A DNA stretch of 37,975 nt from Acidimicrobiia bacterium. GTDB taxonomy: Bacteria; Actinomycetota; Acidimicrobiia; Spongiisociales; SHLN01. Location of the stretch: the NCBI GenBank assembly GCA_041619515.1, contig JBFKDW010000021.1, positions 1 to 37,975 on the forward strand, given 5' to 3'. The notes under the pieces are model-generated. The model made no database searches, was not told where the DNA came from, and was given only the letters and a program-made list of their open reading frames with translations. Both the position numbers and the translations under genes were made by a program. Below, one piece after another: positions 26,146 through 37,975 of this stretch. Each line of letters starts with the position of its first letter. Within the stretch, counting starts at the first letter, position 1.

Positions 26146-26937
26146 ATGTTCTGGGTGGCTTCGATCCCATCGCCGGATGTGAACGGCTTCGACATTGGCC
26201 CGCTGCGGGTGAATTTCTACGGAGTCGCCATCGCCCTGGGCGTGCTTGCCGCCATCTGGCTGGCGACCCGCCGGTACGAGGCGCGGGGAGGCGACCCGAA
26301 GACGATCGAACGCGCCAGCATCATCGCCGTGATCTCAGGCATCGTCGGCGCTCGCATCGGCTACGTGATCACCCACCCGGCGGCACGGAGGAGCCTGGTC
26401 GACGCTCTCCGGATCTGGGACGGCGGGCTGGCCTTCTTCGGTGGCTTGCTGGCGGGTGCCATCGCCATGATCTGGGTCATGCGGCGAGAAGGGGCGAGCA
26501 TCGCCGACGTGGCCGATTCCGTTGCCCCGGCCATTCCCCTCGCCCAGGCGATCGGCCGGTGGGGCAACTACTTCAACCAGGAGCTGTACGGGCGTCCCAC
26601 CGATCTTCCCTGGGCAGTCGAGATCGACAACCCGGTCCAGGAGTACCTCGACTTCTCGACCTTCCACCCGACGTTTCTCTACGAGTCGCTGCTCAACCTG
26701 GTAGTCGTTGGCCTCATCCTGCTGGTCGAGAAGCGATTCAAGCCGGCCGCCGGCAGCCTGTTCCTCGTCTACCTCGCGCTGTACGGAGTGGTGCGATTCC
26801 TCATGGAGCTGCTGCGCACCGACACGGCCTATCGGCTGGCCGGCCTCAGCCGCAACGGATGGATCGCGGCCCTGGTAGCCGTCGGCGGCACCATCGGCTA
26901 CGTGATGATGCAGCGCCGGGTACGCGCCGGCTCGTGA
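26146..26937 (+). CDS. lgt: Prolipoprotein diacylglyceryl transferase
   Basis: IGPLRVNFYG, GIVGARIGYV, IWDGGLAFFGG, AQAIGRWGNYFNQELYGRPTDLPWA, HPTFLYES, RFLMELLRTD. Confidence 0.96.
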   Translation: MFWVASIPSPDVNGFDIGPLRVNFYGVAIALGVLAAIWLATRRYEARGGDPKTIERASIIAVISGIVGARIGYVITHPAARRSLVDALRIWDGGLAFFGGLLAGAIAMIWVMRREGASIADVADSVAPAIPLAQAIGRWGNYFNQELYGRPTDLPWAVEIDNPVQEYLDFSTFHPTFLYESLLNLVVVGLILLVEKRFKPAAGSLFLVYLALYGVVRFLMELLRTDTAYRLAGLSRNGWIAALVAVGGTIGYVMMQRRVRAGS

Positions 26938-27461
26938 GGCGGCTCATCGCCGCGGCCATGCTGCTGGCCGCCTGCACCTCGACGGGGGCACAGCAGACGC
27001 TGCTCAGCGAGACCTCGGTGGCCACTCCCAACCTCAGCACCACCTCGACGGTGGAGCCGGTGGAGACGATTGAGGCGTGTGACCCCGCCCCGTTCGTGCC
27101 GACCGCCCTGCCCGATCGAGTCGGCACCAGCCTGCCCGCCACTCGCGACATCCCGTACGACATGTACACCATCCTGCCGGGCACCTCCACCAGCGTATGG
27201 AGCCAGGACGACGGCGCCCCGGTGCTGGCGGTGATTCGCGGCTCCCTCCCTCCTGTCCAGTATCTCGAGACTCCCGAGGTCATCACCGTCCGCAACGTCG
27301 ATGCTGCCCTCGGACGCCTGCCGGACGGTGTGTGGGGCGTGGCATGGTTCGAGGGGCCCGACCGGTGCGACGAGTACTCGATCATCCTCTATCCACCGGC
27401 CGATGCCGCCCTAGCCCGGAGCGTGGCCGAGAGCCTGGTGGAGGGCCGGCGGGGCCCGTGA
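26934..27461 (+). CDS. Hypothetical lipoprotein
   Basis: GTG at 26934 overlaps lgt stop (GTGA); MRRLIAAAMLLAA-C lipobox, Thr/Ser-rich linker, then a small globular domain with two Cys. It is the 3' part of ORF-track ORF 25725..27461. Confidence 0.75.
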   Translation: MRRLIAAAMLLAACTSTGAQQTLLSETSVATPNLSTTSTVEPVETIEACDPAPFVPTALPDRVGTSLPATRDIPYDMYTILPGTSTSVWSQDDGAPVLAVIRGSLPPVQYLETPEVITVRNVDAALGRLPDGVWGVAWFEGPDRCDEYSIILYPPADAALARSVAESLVEGRRGP

Positions 27462-28693
27462 CGAGCCCGCCTTCGTTTTCCGGTGGCCGAGCCCGCCTTC
27501 GCGCCGGGCGCCTCATCCGGCGGCCGATCTCCCCCCGCCCGGCCCGCCTCCTGTGGGCCGGGACGGTCGCGCTGGCGCTGATGGCGGCGGCGTGCGCCGG
27601 AAGCGACGCTTCGTGGTCGCGGGCTCCGCACGTGGAAGCCGTCTTCGGCGGCGAAGGCCGCAAGATCATGGTGGGCGTTGCCGAGGGAGGGCCCGGCCTG
27701 GTGGCGGTCGGGGCGGTCAGCACCAACGAGTCCGACGCGGCCGTGTGGGTCTCAGAAGATGGCATCGGCTGGTCCCAGGTCGACGATCCCGCCGCGCTCG
27801 CCGGGGTGGGAGATCAGGCGATGCGGGCGGTGATGGCCGGCGGTCCCGGGCTGGTGGCGGTCGGGGACGCCGAATCCGGCACCGGCTCTGATGCCGCCGT
27901 TTGGACGTCGGAAGACGGGACGAAGTGGTCGCGAGTGTTCAACGAGCAGGTACTCGGGGGCGAACGCGATCAGGTGATGTGGCACGTCGCCGCCGGCGGG
28001 CCCGGGCTGGTGGCTGTGGGAGGCGAGGGGTTCGACGCGGCGGTGTGGACCTCGTCCGACGGAACAACGTGGTCGCGCCTTCCCCACGACGAGGTGGCCT
28101 TCGGAAGTGAGGGGCGGGTGGTCATGCGCAGTGTCGTCGCCGCCGGGCCCGGGCTGGTGGCGGTAGGTGCCGAAGAGATCGGATTGAATTCGGTGGCGGC
28201 GGTGTGGACCTCTCCGGATGGACTGACATGGTCCCGGGTTCCCCATGACGAAGCAGTTTTCGGCGGAGATGGCTTCCAGGCCATGTTCGCGGTCGCCACC
28301 GGCGGGCCCGGGCTGGTGGCAGTGGGTGGCGAGCAGTCTGACGACGGGTCGGACGCGGCGGTGTGGACTTCCGAAGACGGTGTCACCTGGTCCCGGGTTG
28401 CCGGCGACGTCTCCCAGCTGGGTGGAGCGGGGAACCAGGTGATGTTCGGGGTGACCGCCGACGAATCGGGATTGGTGGCGGTCGGGGCCTCACCGGGACC
28501 GGAACGCGCGGCGGAGTCGGTGTGGGTCTCGTCGGACGGTTTTCTCTGGACCAGGGTTGCCGTCGAGGACGGCGCCGGCCCCGACGGGGTGGTGATGTTC
28601 TCTGTGAGCCGGGGAGGGCCGGGCTTCGTGGCGGTCGGCCAGGAGGCGATCAGCGACGATTCGTTCGCAGCCGTGTGGGTATCCGGCGGCTGA
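27458..28693 (+). CDS. Lipoprotein with seven Asp-box-like repeats (predicted beta-propeller)
   Basis: GTG at 27458 overlaps previous stop; LALMAAA-C lipobox; seven repeats of M..V..GGPGLVAVG....DAAVWTS.DG..WSRV. Confidence 0.8.
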   Translation: MTSPPSFSGGRARLRAGRLIRRPISPRPARLLWAGTVALALMAAACAGSDASWSRAPHVEAVFGGEGRKIMVGVAEGGPGLVAVGAVSTNESDAAVWVSEDGIGWSQVDDPAALAGVGDQAMRAVMAGGPGLVAVGDAESGTGSDAAVWTSEDGTKWSRVFNEQVLGGERDQVMWHVAAGGPGLVAVGGEGFDAAVWTSSDGTTWSRLPHDEVAFGSEGRVVMRSVVAAGPGLVAVGAEEIGLNSVAAVWTSPDGLTWSRVPHDEAVFGGDGFQAMFAVATGGPGLVAVGGEQSDDGSDAAVWTSEDGVTWSRVAGDVSQLGGAGNQVMFGVTADESGLVAVGASPGPERAAESVWVSSDGFLWTRVAVEDGAGPDGVVMFSVSRGGPGFVAVGQEAISDDSFAAVWVSGG

Positions 28694-28729
28694 GGTGGCG
28701 AGACGGGAGCCCGCCGTTTCTGGGTCCCG

Positions 28730-29470
28730 CTACAGGATCTGACTCAAGAACAGCTTGGTGCGGTCGTGGCTCGGGTTGGTGAAGAAGTGCTCGGGGGTTC
28801 CTTCCTCCACGATGTCGCCGTAGTCGAAGAACAGAACCCGGTCGGCAACCTCGCGGGCAAAGCCCATCTCGTGGGTGACCACGATCATCGTCATGCCCGA
28901 CTTGGCCAGCTCCTTCATCACGTCGAGCACCTCTTTGATCATCTCGGGGTCGAGGGCCGAGGTGGGCTCGTCGAACAGCATGATCCTCGGCTCCATCGCC
29001 AGCGAACGAGCAATGGCCACCCGCTGCTGCTGCCCACCGGAAAGCTGGCCCGGGAACTTCTCGGCCTGCTCGGGAATGCCGACCCGCTCGAGCAGCTGCA
29101 TGCCCCGCTCCTCTGCGTCGGCTCTCGACTTCTTGCGGACCCAGATGGGTGCCAGCGTGATGTTCTGGAGCACCGTGAGATGGGGGAACAGGTTGAACTG
29201 CTGGAACACCATCCCGACATCGGAGCGAATCTTCTCGATGTTGCGGACGTCGGAGCTCAGCTCGGTGCCGTCGACGATGATCCGGCCCTCCTGGTGGACC
29301 TCCAGCCGGTTGATGCAACGGATGAAGGTGGACTTTCCGGACCCTGATGGGCCGATCACAACGACCACCTCGCGCTCTTTCACGGTGGTCGTGACACCCT
29401 TCAGCGCCTGAAAGTCGCCGAACCATTTCTTCACGCCCTCGCAGACGATGATGTCGTTGTTGGTTTCCAT
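28730..29470 (-). CDS. aapP: Polar amino-acid ABC transporter ATP-binding subunit (AapP/BztD-like)
   Basis: [58 protein letters not shown]. Confidence 0.9.
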   Translation of the reverse strand: METNNDIIVCEGVKKWFGDFQALKGVTTTVKEREVVVVIGPSGSGKSTFIRCINRLEVHQEGRIIVDGTELSSDVRNIEKIRSDVGMVFQQFNLFPHLTVLQNITLAPIWVRKKSRADAEERGMQLLERVGIPEQAEKFPGQLSGGQQQRVAIARSLAMEPRIMLFDEPTSALDPEMIKEVLDVMKELAKSGMTMIVVTHEMGFAREVADRVLFFDYGDIVEEGTPEHFFTNPSHDRTKLFLSQIL

Positions 29471-29482
29471 TGTTGGCCTCCG

Positions 29483-31402
29483 TTAGCGCTCGCCGACGCC
29501 GAGCTTCTTTTCCAATCGCTGACTCGCCCGCGACATGGCGAACGTAAAGACCCAGTACACCAGAGCAGCCACGATCAGGGTGGTGCGAATCGAGCCGATG
29601 AACCGGCTCTGGTTTGGAATGATGAACCGGCTGATGTGCAGGAAGTCGAACAGTCCGATGATCGTGACCAGCGACGTGTCCTTGAACACTGCAATCGCCT
29701 GACCGACCAGAGCAGGGATCACGGTGCGCAAGGCCTGCGGCATGGTGATGAAAATGATGGTTTGCATGGTCGTCAACCCGAGCGACTTGGATGCCTCCGT
29801 CTGGCCACCCGAGATCGCCTGCAGCCCGCCTCGCACGTTTTCGGCCAGGTACGCGGCGGAGAAACCGGCATAGAAGAGGATGACGGTGACAACACCATCG
29901 ATCCGGGTACCGAGCGGAATGGCGAAGGGCAGGAAGATGACCGACATGAGAAGCCAGGTGATGAGTGGGACCGCCCGCACCAGCTCGATGTAGGTCACCG
30001 AAACCAGCCGGAAGATCGGCATCGTCGACGTCCGGCCGAGCGCCAGCACCACACCGAGCGGGAAGGAGAGCAGCATGACGGAAATGAAGATGATGAAGGT
30101 CAGGATCAGGCCGCCGAACGGTGAAGCGCCGGGAACATCGACCGTCGTTCCGCCCTTGACGAGGATCAGCAGGTAGGTGACGAGCACCGCCGTGGCCCCC
30201 CAGATCATGAGGTAGCGCCTGCGAGCGGCCGGCGAGCCTCCGAACGTCTTGCCTCCCAGCAAGAACAGCAATACGAGAAGGAGAAAGATCCGAATGAGCA
30301 TGAGCGTGGATGTCATCCAACTGCCGACGACCAGCACGACGAGCACGGTCGCGATGGCAGCCCCCCACTCACCGATGTCGGGGCGGGTGGCCACCCAGAT
30401 GAGAGCGCCGCCCACAAAGATGAACCCGGCGGAGATCAGGAAGTATTCGCTCAGCTCGAAGCCCTCGGCGATTCCCGGCGCCCAACCCGGATCGCGCAGG
30501 ATGGCCAGCACGATGACGGGGAACGACAGCAGCCACAGGCCGGTGAGAATCTTGCGGCCGGTCTCCTCAGGAATCACCCGCAGGAGAGCCCGGCCGACGA
30601 AGTACGCCGCGAAGGCAACTACCAGCAGGATGGTCCATGGGAGCGATGTTGTGGTGGCCAGTCCCCGCCACACCTGGGGAGCACCGAAGTCCGCCGACTC
30701 GGGTACCGGAACCTTGATCACCCACAGCGATCCGACGAGGAGGGCCGCCGCCAGCCCGACCATGCTCATCGTGGGTATGACCTCTTCCCTGGCGTTGTCA
30801 CCCAACGCCCGCTCCACCAGCCACCCGATGGCGGCCAGCACCGCTCCAACCACGATCCATGTGGTATGGACGCCCGCCGAGAACTGCCAGGCGAAGCCGC
30901 CGAAGTCGAGGCCGGTGATGATCGCCACCACGTAATCGATGAGCGGGACGCCGAGGAACACGAAGAGGAGTAGGGCGCCGATGACCTGCGGAATGCGGGT
31001 GAGCTGCTGGGGGGCCATCTGGTCTCCTACCCGCCAGTACACCATGCTGAGCGCACTGAGAACGATCACGATGCCCACGCTGATCCACACCCTATGGAAC
31101 TGGTCGATCGGCACTCCTGCCGAGTCGACGATGTTGAGGTTTTCGCCCGCCGGGTAGGCCTGGGCCATGAGCAACCGAAGGTTTACGGTGATGGCGTCCC
31201 AGCGGCGGGCGTCGAAGTCGAACAGGAAGCCGGCGATTCCCTTGGCGAGCAGCCACGCCACGAGGAGGCCCACCGACGTCAGGATCCCCGACCCCACACT
31301 GGAGAACAGATTGTCCTTCATCCACACGATCGCGCCCTTGGGTGGCGGCTCGGGGGCCAACTCGAGCTCGGGGATCTCCGGGAGTTCGATCTTGCCGGTC
31401 AT
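29483..31402 (-). CDS. aapM: Amino-acid ABC transporter permease (AapM/BztC-like), enlarged
   Basis: WMKDNLFSS, GGLILT, ALGRTSTMPIFR, YIELVRAVPLIT, SAAYLAENVRGGLQAISGGQTEA, FKDTSLVTIIGLFDFL. Confidence 0.88.
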   Translation of the reverse strand: MTGKIELPEIPELELAPEPPPKGAIVWMKDNLFSSVGSGILTSVGLLVAWLLAKGIAGFLFDFDARRWDAITVNLRLLMAQAYPAGENLNIVDSAGVPIDQFHRVWISVGIVIVLSALSMVYWRVGDQMAPQQLTRIPQVIGALLLFVFLGVPLIDYVVAIITGLDFGGFAWQFSAGVHTTWIVVGAVLAAIGWLVERALGDNAREEVIPTMSMVGLAAALLVGSLWVIKVPVPESADFGAPQVWRGLATTTSLPWTILLVVAFAAYFVGRALLRVIPEETGRKILTGLWLLSFPVIVLAILRDPGWAPGIAEGFELSEYFLISAGFIFVGGALIWVATRPDIGEWGAAIATVLVVLVVGSWMTSTLMLIRIFLLLVLLFLLGGKTFGGSPAARRRYLMIWGATAVLVTYLLILVKGGTTVDVPGASPFGGLILTFIIFISVMLLSFPLGVVLALGRTSTMPIFRLVSVTYIELVRAVPLITWLLMSVIFLPFAIPLGTRIDGVVTVILFYAGFSAAYLAENVRGGLQAISGGQTEASKSLGLTTMQTIIFITMPQALRTVIPALVGQAIAVFKDTSLVTIIGLFDFLHISRFIIPNQSRFIGSIRTTLIVAALVYWVFTFAMSRASQRLEKKLGVGER

Positions 31403-33144
31403 CGCTCCACCAGCTTCAGGCGGCGGTTATAGAAGTTGACAACGCTCGACAGCACGAGGCTGCCAAACAGGAAGAAGCCCATCCACACCGCGATCACCGG
31501 CAGGGTTTGGCCGGTCTGGTTTGACGTGGTTTGCCCAACGCTGACGATCTCGGGGTAGGCAACCGCGATGCCCAGTGAGGTGTTCTTGAAGAGGTTGAGG
31601 TATTGATTGCCGAGCGGCGGAAAGATGATGCGGAACGCTTGCGGCAGGATGACGAACCGCAACGCTTGCGCTCTCGAGAGGCCGAGGGCACCGGCTGCCT
31701 CGGTCTGACCCTTGGAAACGGCGAGAATCCCGGCCCGGACCACCTCGGCGATGAAGGAGGCCGTATAGAGCGTCACCGCGATCCAAACGGCAAAGAACGA
31801 CGGCGTGATCCGAATCCCTCCATTGCGCGACAGATCGAGGAAGTTGCTGCCCCGCACCACCACCTCAGGGCGCGACCAGCGCAGTGGATTGTCCGCCCGG
31901 CTGCGGACTAGTTCGAGCTCGTCACCGAGCTGGGAGGCCGTCAGCTCCCCGGATGCCAGCGCCCGGTCGAGTGTGTCGGCCACGCCGGCCGTGAGCCCGT
32001 CGACCAGCTTGTGAACGGCCACACCGGCATCGCGGGCAATGTTCTCCAGCGAGGCGCCGGCCGCCACCTGGGCTTCGATGTCGCTGATCGGGATGTCGGC
32101 CACGTTGGACGCCGAGTCGAATTTGGGCGCCAGCCAGTCGGTGAAAAAGGAACCGGAGATTTCGATCGCCTTGGAAGAGACGGTGGCGAAAGAGAAGAAG
32201 AACCAGGCGAAGACCACCGCCAGGACCCCGGCAAAGATCATCCGGAACCAGTCGTCGTCGGTCAGCTTGGCGAGGCCGGAGGGAGTGCGGCGCTCATCGA
32301 GAAAGCCCCTGATCCACCAGGCGCCGGCGGCCAGAGCCGCCAGGGCGAGGACCAGTTGCAGCGCAAAGGTCGGGATATCCGTGACGACACCGCCGATGGC
32401 GTCGAACACATCCCCCAGCCAGCCCCAGACGGGGTGGGCGAACCAGCCGATGATCCCGAAAACCACTACCGAGGCCGTGAAGAAGGAGAGCGGATAGCTT
32501 TCCTGGCCGGTTTCTTCCTTGTGGGCTGCCCGGTTCTTGTACAGGAAACGGCCCACGACTGCACCGATGATGATCCAGATCATCCACTGGTAGAAACCGC
32601 CCCAGGGTTGGATCCAGGGCAGGCCGATCCCCTTCCGGGTTGGGGTGAACCAGTACGTCCCGGCGGTGAGCGTGTCGGCGTCGAAGGGGTCGAGGATCCT
32701 GAACGTCTGGACGACTGCAAACCAGAAGTACATCTGGAGCAGCAGCGGGACGTTGCGAATGCTCTCGATGTAGAAGGTTGACAGGCGGTTGACGATCCAG
32801 TTGTTCGATAGGCGGGCGATGCCGATGATCGTCCCGATGATGGTGGCTGCGATGATTCCCGAAACGGTGACCCGCAGCGTGTTGACGATCCCGACGAGAA
32901 TGGTGCGCGCGCCCGTGGAGGGGTCGGTGTCGATGCCCTCGCCGATGAGAAACCCGAGATTGGCCTGGAGGAATCCCCATCCAAAGGTCAGATCGCGGTC
33001 GCTGAGGTTCTTCTGGACCTGCGGAACCACGATGACTGCCAGCGCAATGAGCGCAAGCAGGAATGCGATCTGGGCGGTCCACTTGAGGAACGTGGTATTA
33101 CGCCACAGCGGCGGTCGTTCCTGCTTTTGCACGGTCACCGTCAA
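31399..33144 (-). CDS. aapQ: Amino-acid ABC transporter permease (AapQ/BztB-like), enlarged
   Basis: FGWGFL, GIVNTLRV, GIARLSNNWIV, YIESIRNVPLLLQ, LYTASFIAEVVRAGILAVSKGQTEAA, GNQYLNLFKNTSL. Confidence 0.88.
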   Translation of the reverse strand: MTVTVQKQERPPLWRNTTFLKWTAQIAFLLALIALAVIVVPQVQKNLSDRDLTFGWGFLQANLGFLIGEGIDTDPSTGARTILVGIVNTLRVTVSGIIAATIIGTIIGIARLSNNWIVNRLSTFYIESIRNVPLLLQMYFWFAVVQTFRILDPFDADTLTAGTYWFTPTRKGIGLPWIQPWGGFYQWMIWIIIGAVVGRFLYKNRAAHKEETGQESYPLSFFTASVVVFGIIGWFAHPVWGWLGDVFDAIGGVVTDIPTFALQLVLALAALAAGAWWIRGFLDERRTPSGLAKLTDDDWFRMIFAGVLAVVFAWFFFSFATVSSKAIEISGSFFTDWLAPKFDSASNVADIPISDIEAQVAAGASLENIARDAGVAVHKLVDGLTAGVADTLDRALASGELTASQLGDELELVRSRADNPLRWSRPEVVVRGSNFLDLSRNGGIRITPSFFAVWIAVTLYTASFIAEVVRAGILAVSKGQTEAAGALGLSRAQALRFVILPQAFRIIFPPLGNQYLNLFKNTSLGIAVAYPEIVSVGQTTSNQTGQTLPVIAVWMGFFLFGSLVLSSVVNFYNRRLKLVER

Positions 33145-33244
33145 GAGACCGGCTCCTCCCGTCTTCCAACTCGTCGCCCGGTGGTTCTCACCACCGGGTC
33201 CTATCCCGTGTCAGCCATGCCGGCCGAAGCCGGCGGTTAGTGGG

Positions 33245-33276
33245 GATGAGGGGAGCGCCGCAGCGCTCCCCTCATC
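33245..33276 (-). terminator. Intercistronic stem-loop after the substrate-binding protein gene
   Basis: GATGAGGGGAGCG-CCGCAG-CGCTCCCCTCATC, perfect 13-bp inverted repeat 13 nt past the aapJ stop; typical of ABC operons that over-express the binding protein. Confidence 0.65.
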
Positions 33277-33289
33277 TCCCAGGTTTTCT

Positions 33290-34447
33290 CTACCGGAACG
33301 GTGGTGCGTAGAGCAATCCACCCTCTGTCCACAACGAGTTCAGGGTTGGCGTGCCGTCGGGCGCGATTCTGAACAAGTCGACCGGATTCAGGTTCTTGTC
33401 GAAGATCTCGTCGTAGCTACCGACCTGCTTGATGACTTGATAGAAGCCATCGGTCGGTATGCCGAACGCCGCCTCGATGTTGGTGTCGCCGATATCGAGA
33501 TCACCGAACAGGCGCTGCAACTCGGGATCCTCGGTGCTCTCACGAACGGAGTCGACGTTGCCTGAGTTCACTTCCTTCTCGTAGGCGATGAAGGTCGTGT
33601 AGACGACCCAGTCGATGATGTCCGCCCACTGCGAGTCGTTCTGACGGTACATCGGACCGAGTGGCTCCTTCGAGATCGGTGAGGGCGGGAACACGACCCA
33701 TTCGCCTTCGGCAATGTCGCCATTGCGCTCGGCGGTGACCAGGTTCCCGACCAGACCGGATGCGTCCGTCGTGACGAGGTCACACGAACCGGCCTTGAAG
33801 AGCTCCAGAGCATCTGCGAACTGCTCAACGGTGTTGAGCACGATCTCGGCTCCACCGAGGGCCGCCCACTCACGAATGTTCTTCTCAGTCGTCGTACCGG
33901 CATTGGTGCACAGGATGGCGCCGTCCACGTCGGCAGGGCCGGACGTGACCGAGAACCGCTCCGACTTGCCCATGAGTCCCTGGCCGTCGTAATAGGTGGT
34001 CGGACCGAAGTCACCACCGACAACCGTGTCACGGCTGGCGGTCCAGGTCGTGTTGCGGATCAACACGTCGATCTCGCCGGCCTTGAGGACGTCGAAGCGC
34101 TCGGCGGCCGTCACCGGGCGAAATACCACGGCGTTGGCGTCGCCAAGCACCGCCGCCGCAACCGCCCGGCAGTAGTCGGCATCGATGCCGGTGGCGGAGC
34201 CATCGGCCTGGGTCTCGGAGAAGGCGACCGCGCCACCGCCGATACCGCATATGAGCTCACCGCGCGCCAGCACGGTTGCCAGAGTGCCGCCGGCCTGGCC
34301 GGGGCCGCCGTTTCCGGACGTCGTTGCAGTTGTCGGTTGGGTGCCGTCGTCCGCCGTCGTTGTGGTGTTGGTATCACCGCTGTCGTCCCCGCATGCCGCT
34401 GCTACAAGTGCCAGCGCGACAAGGAGCACAGCCAATCTTTTGATCAT
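33290..34447 (-). CDS. aapJ: Amino-acid ABC transporter substrate-binding lipoprotein (AapJ/BztA-like)
   Basis: Lipobox LVAAA-C; TLATVLARGELICG, GIDADYCRAVAAA, RNTTWTASRD, YYDGQG, GTTTEKN, ISKEPLGP, GGLLYAPPFR. Confidence 0.92.
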   Translation of the reverse strand: MIKRLAVLLVALALVAAACGDDSGDTNTTTTADDGTQPTTATTSGNGGPGQAGGTLATVLARGELICGIGGGAVAFSETQADGSATGIDADYCRAVAAAVLGDANAVVFRPVTAAERFDVLKAGEIDVLIRNTTWTASRDTVVGGDFGPTTYYDGQGLMGKSERFSVTSGPADVDGAILCTNAGTTTEKNIREWAALGGAEIVLNTVEQFADALELFKAGSCDLVTTDASGLVGNLVTAERNGDIAEGEWVVFPPSPISKEPLGPMYRQNDSQWADIIDWVVYTTFIAYEKEVNSGNVDSVRESTEDPELQRLFGDLDIGDTNIEAAFGIPTDGFYQVIKQVGSYDEIFDKNLNPVDLFRIAPDGTPTLNSLWTEGGLLYAPPFR

Positions 34448-34512
34448 GAAAATGTTCCTCCCCAGCTTTCAATTCTGGTTCAAGCGGCCGGGAGTGCCCC
34501 GGCCTGCTCGAC

Positions 34513-34542
34513 AATGTAATCGGTGATCCAGAGTGGAAGCAA
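34513..34542 (-). promoter_or_regulatory. Putative SigA-type promoter of the aap operon
   Basis: Minus strand TTGCTT (34542-34537)-N18-TACATT (34518-34513), followed by a GGCCGGG/CCCGGCC 5'-UTR hairpin and GGGGAGG RBS. Confidence 0.5.
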
Positions 34543-34702
34543 CTGAAAATACGTTCGCCTGAGACGTCAGAGCGCGAAAATGCCCTGCTTGACGCAGGGT
34601 CTGAGAGCGGTCCCTCGCGAAAGAAAAACCCCCACAAGACCGGTCTCGCTGCCCAGAAGACACCGCGCCCGGACGGCACCGTCGAGACATCCTCGAGGAG
34701 GG

Positions 34703-37885
<3,183 letters not shown>

Positions 37886-37925
37886 GGATCGGTTCGACCC
37901 GCCCCGACTCAGTTAGCCTCCCCGT

Positions 37926-37975
37926 ATGCCTATCGATCCCCAACTCCTCAGCATCATGGTGTGCCCGGTGAGCCA
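37926..37975 (+). CDS. Trm112-family (UPF0434) protein, 5' fragment
   Basis: MPIDPQLLSIMVCPVS matches the typical D..LL.IL.CP start; TAGCCT 6 nt upstream; truncated by the window edge. Confidence 0.7.
   Translation, partial: MPIDPQLLSIMVCPVS

Noticed and set aside
25725..26933. 5' part of the 578-aa ORF 25725..27461
   Set aside because: Off-frame overlap with SPFH and lgt, Arg/Pro/Gly-rich nonsense; only the part from GTG 26934 looks like a real lipoprotein.
27600..28693. Regularly spaced DNA repeats as a possible CRISPR array
   Set aside because: Repeats are in-frame, degenerate at third positions and encode propeller blades; no cas genes.
28650..30368. 572-aa minus-strand ORF spanning aapM/aapP
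   Set aside because: Alternate frame of two well-supported genes.

Overview
High-GC actinobacterial chromosomal segment, most consistent with an Acidimicrobiia-like organism (inferred from monoderm-type DnaK, HspR/HAIR regulation, a putative F420-dependent LLM enzyme and many apparently leaderless genes). Left part: the 5' end of a large secreted beta-propeller/SdrD-B/DUF11-type surface protein running off the window edge (missed by the ORF track), an amidohydrolase, an FlK-type thioesterase plus ThDP-dependent enzyme, a decayed glutamate-dehydrogenase remnant, a Pnkp-type kinase fused to an LLM oxidoreductase, a cupin, a membrane adenylate cyclase, a cholesterol-oxidase-like GMC enzyme and tyrosine phenol-lyase. 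Centre: dnaK-grpE-dnaJ-hspR and clpB with HAIR-like operators and SigH/SigR-type promoters, interleaved with and followed by envelope genes (DUF6174 lipoprotein, DUF427, mscL, Ycf46-like AAA+ ATPase, two PLDc_N mini-proteins, CmpX-like TM protein, nfeD-SPFH, lgt with two coupled lipoproteins). Right part: an aapJQMP-type amino-acid ABC transporter with enlarged permeases, yjbQ, purA-purB and the start of a Trm112-family gene. No rRNA, tRNA, CRISPR array or mobile element was seen. The strongest oddities are the kinase-LLM fusion, a 27-residue tandem duplication in the GrpE long helix, a shared non-coding motif next to both mechanosensitive-channel-type genes, and a soluble helical domain inserted into AapQ. 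Family assignments are from motif recognition by eye; no database search was run.
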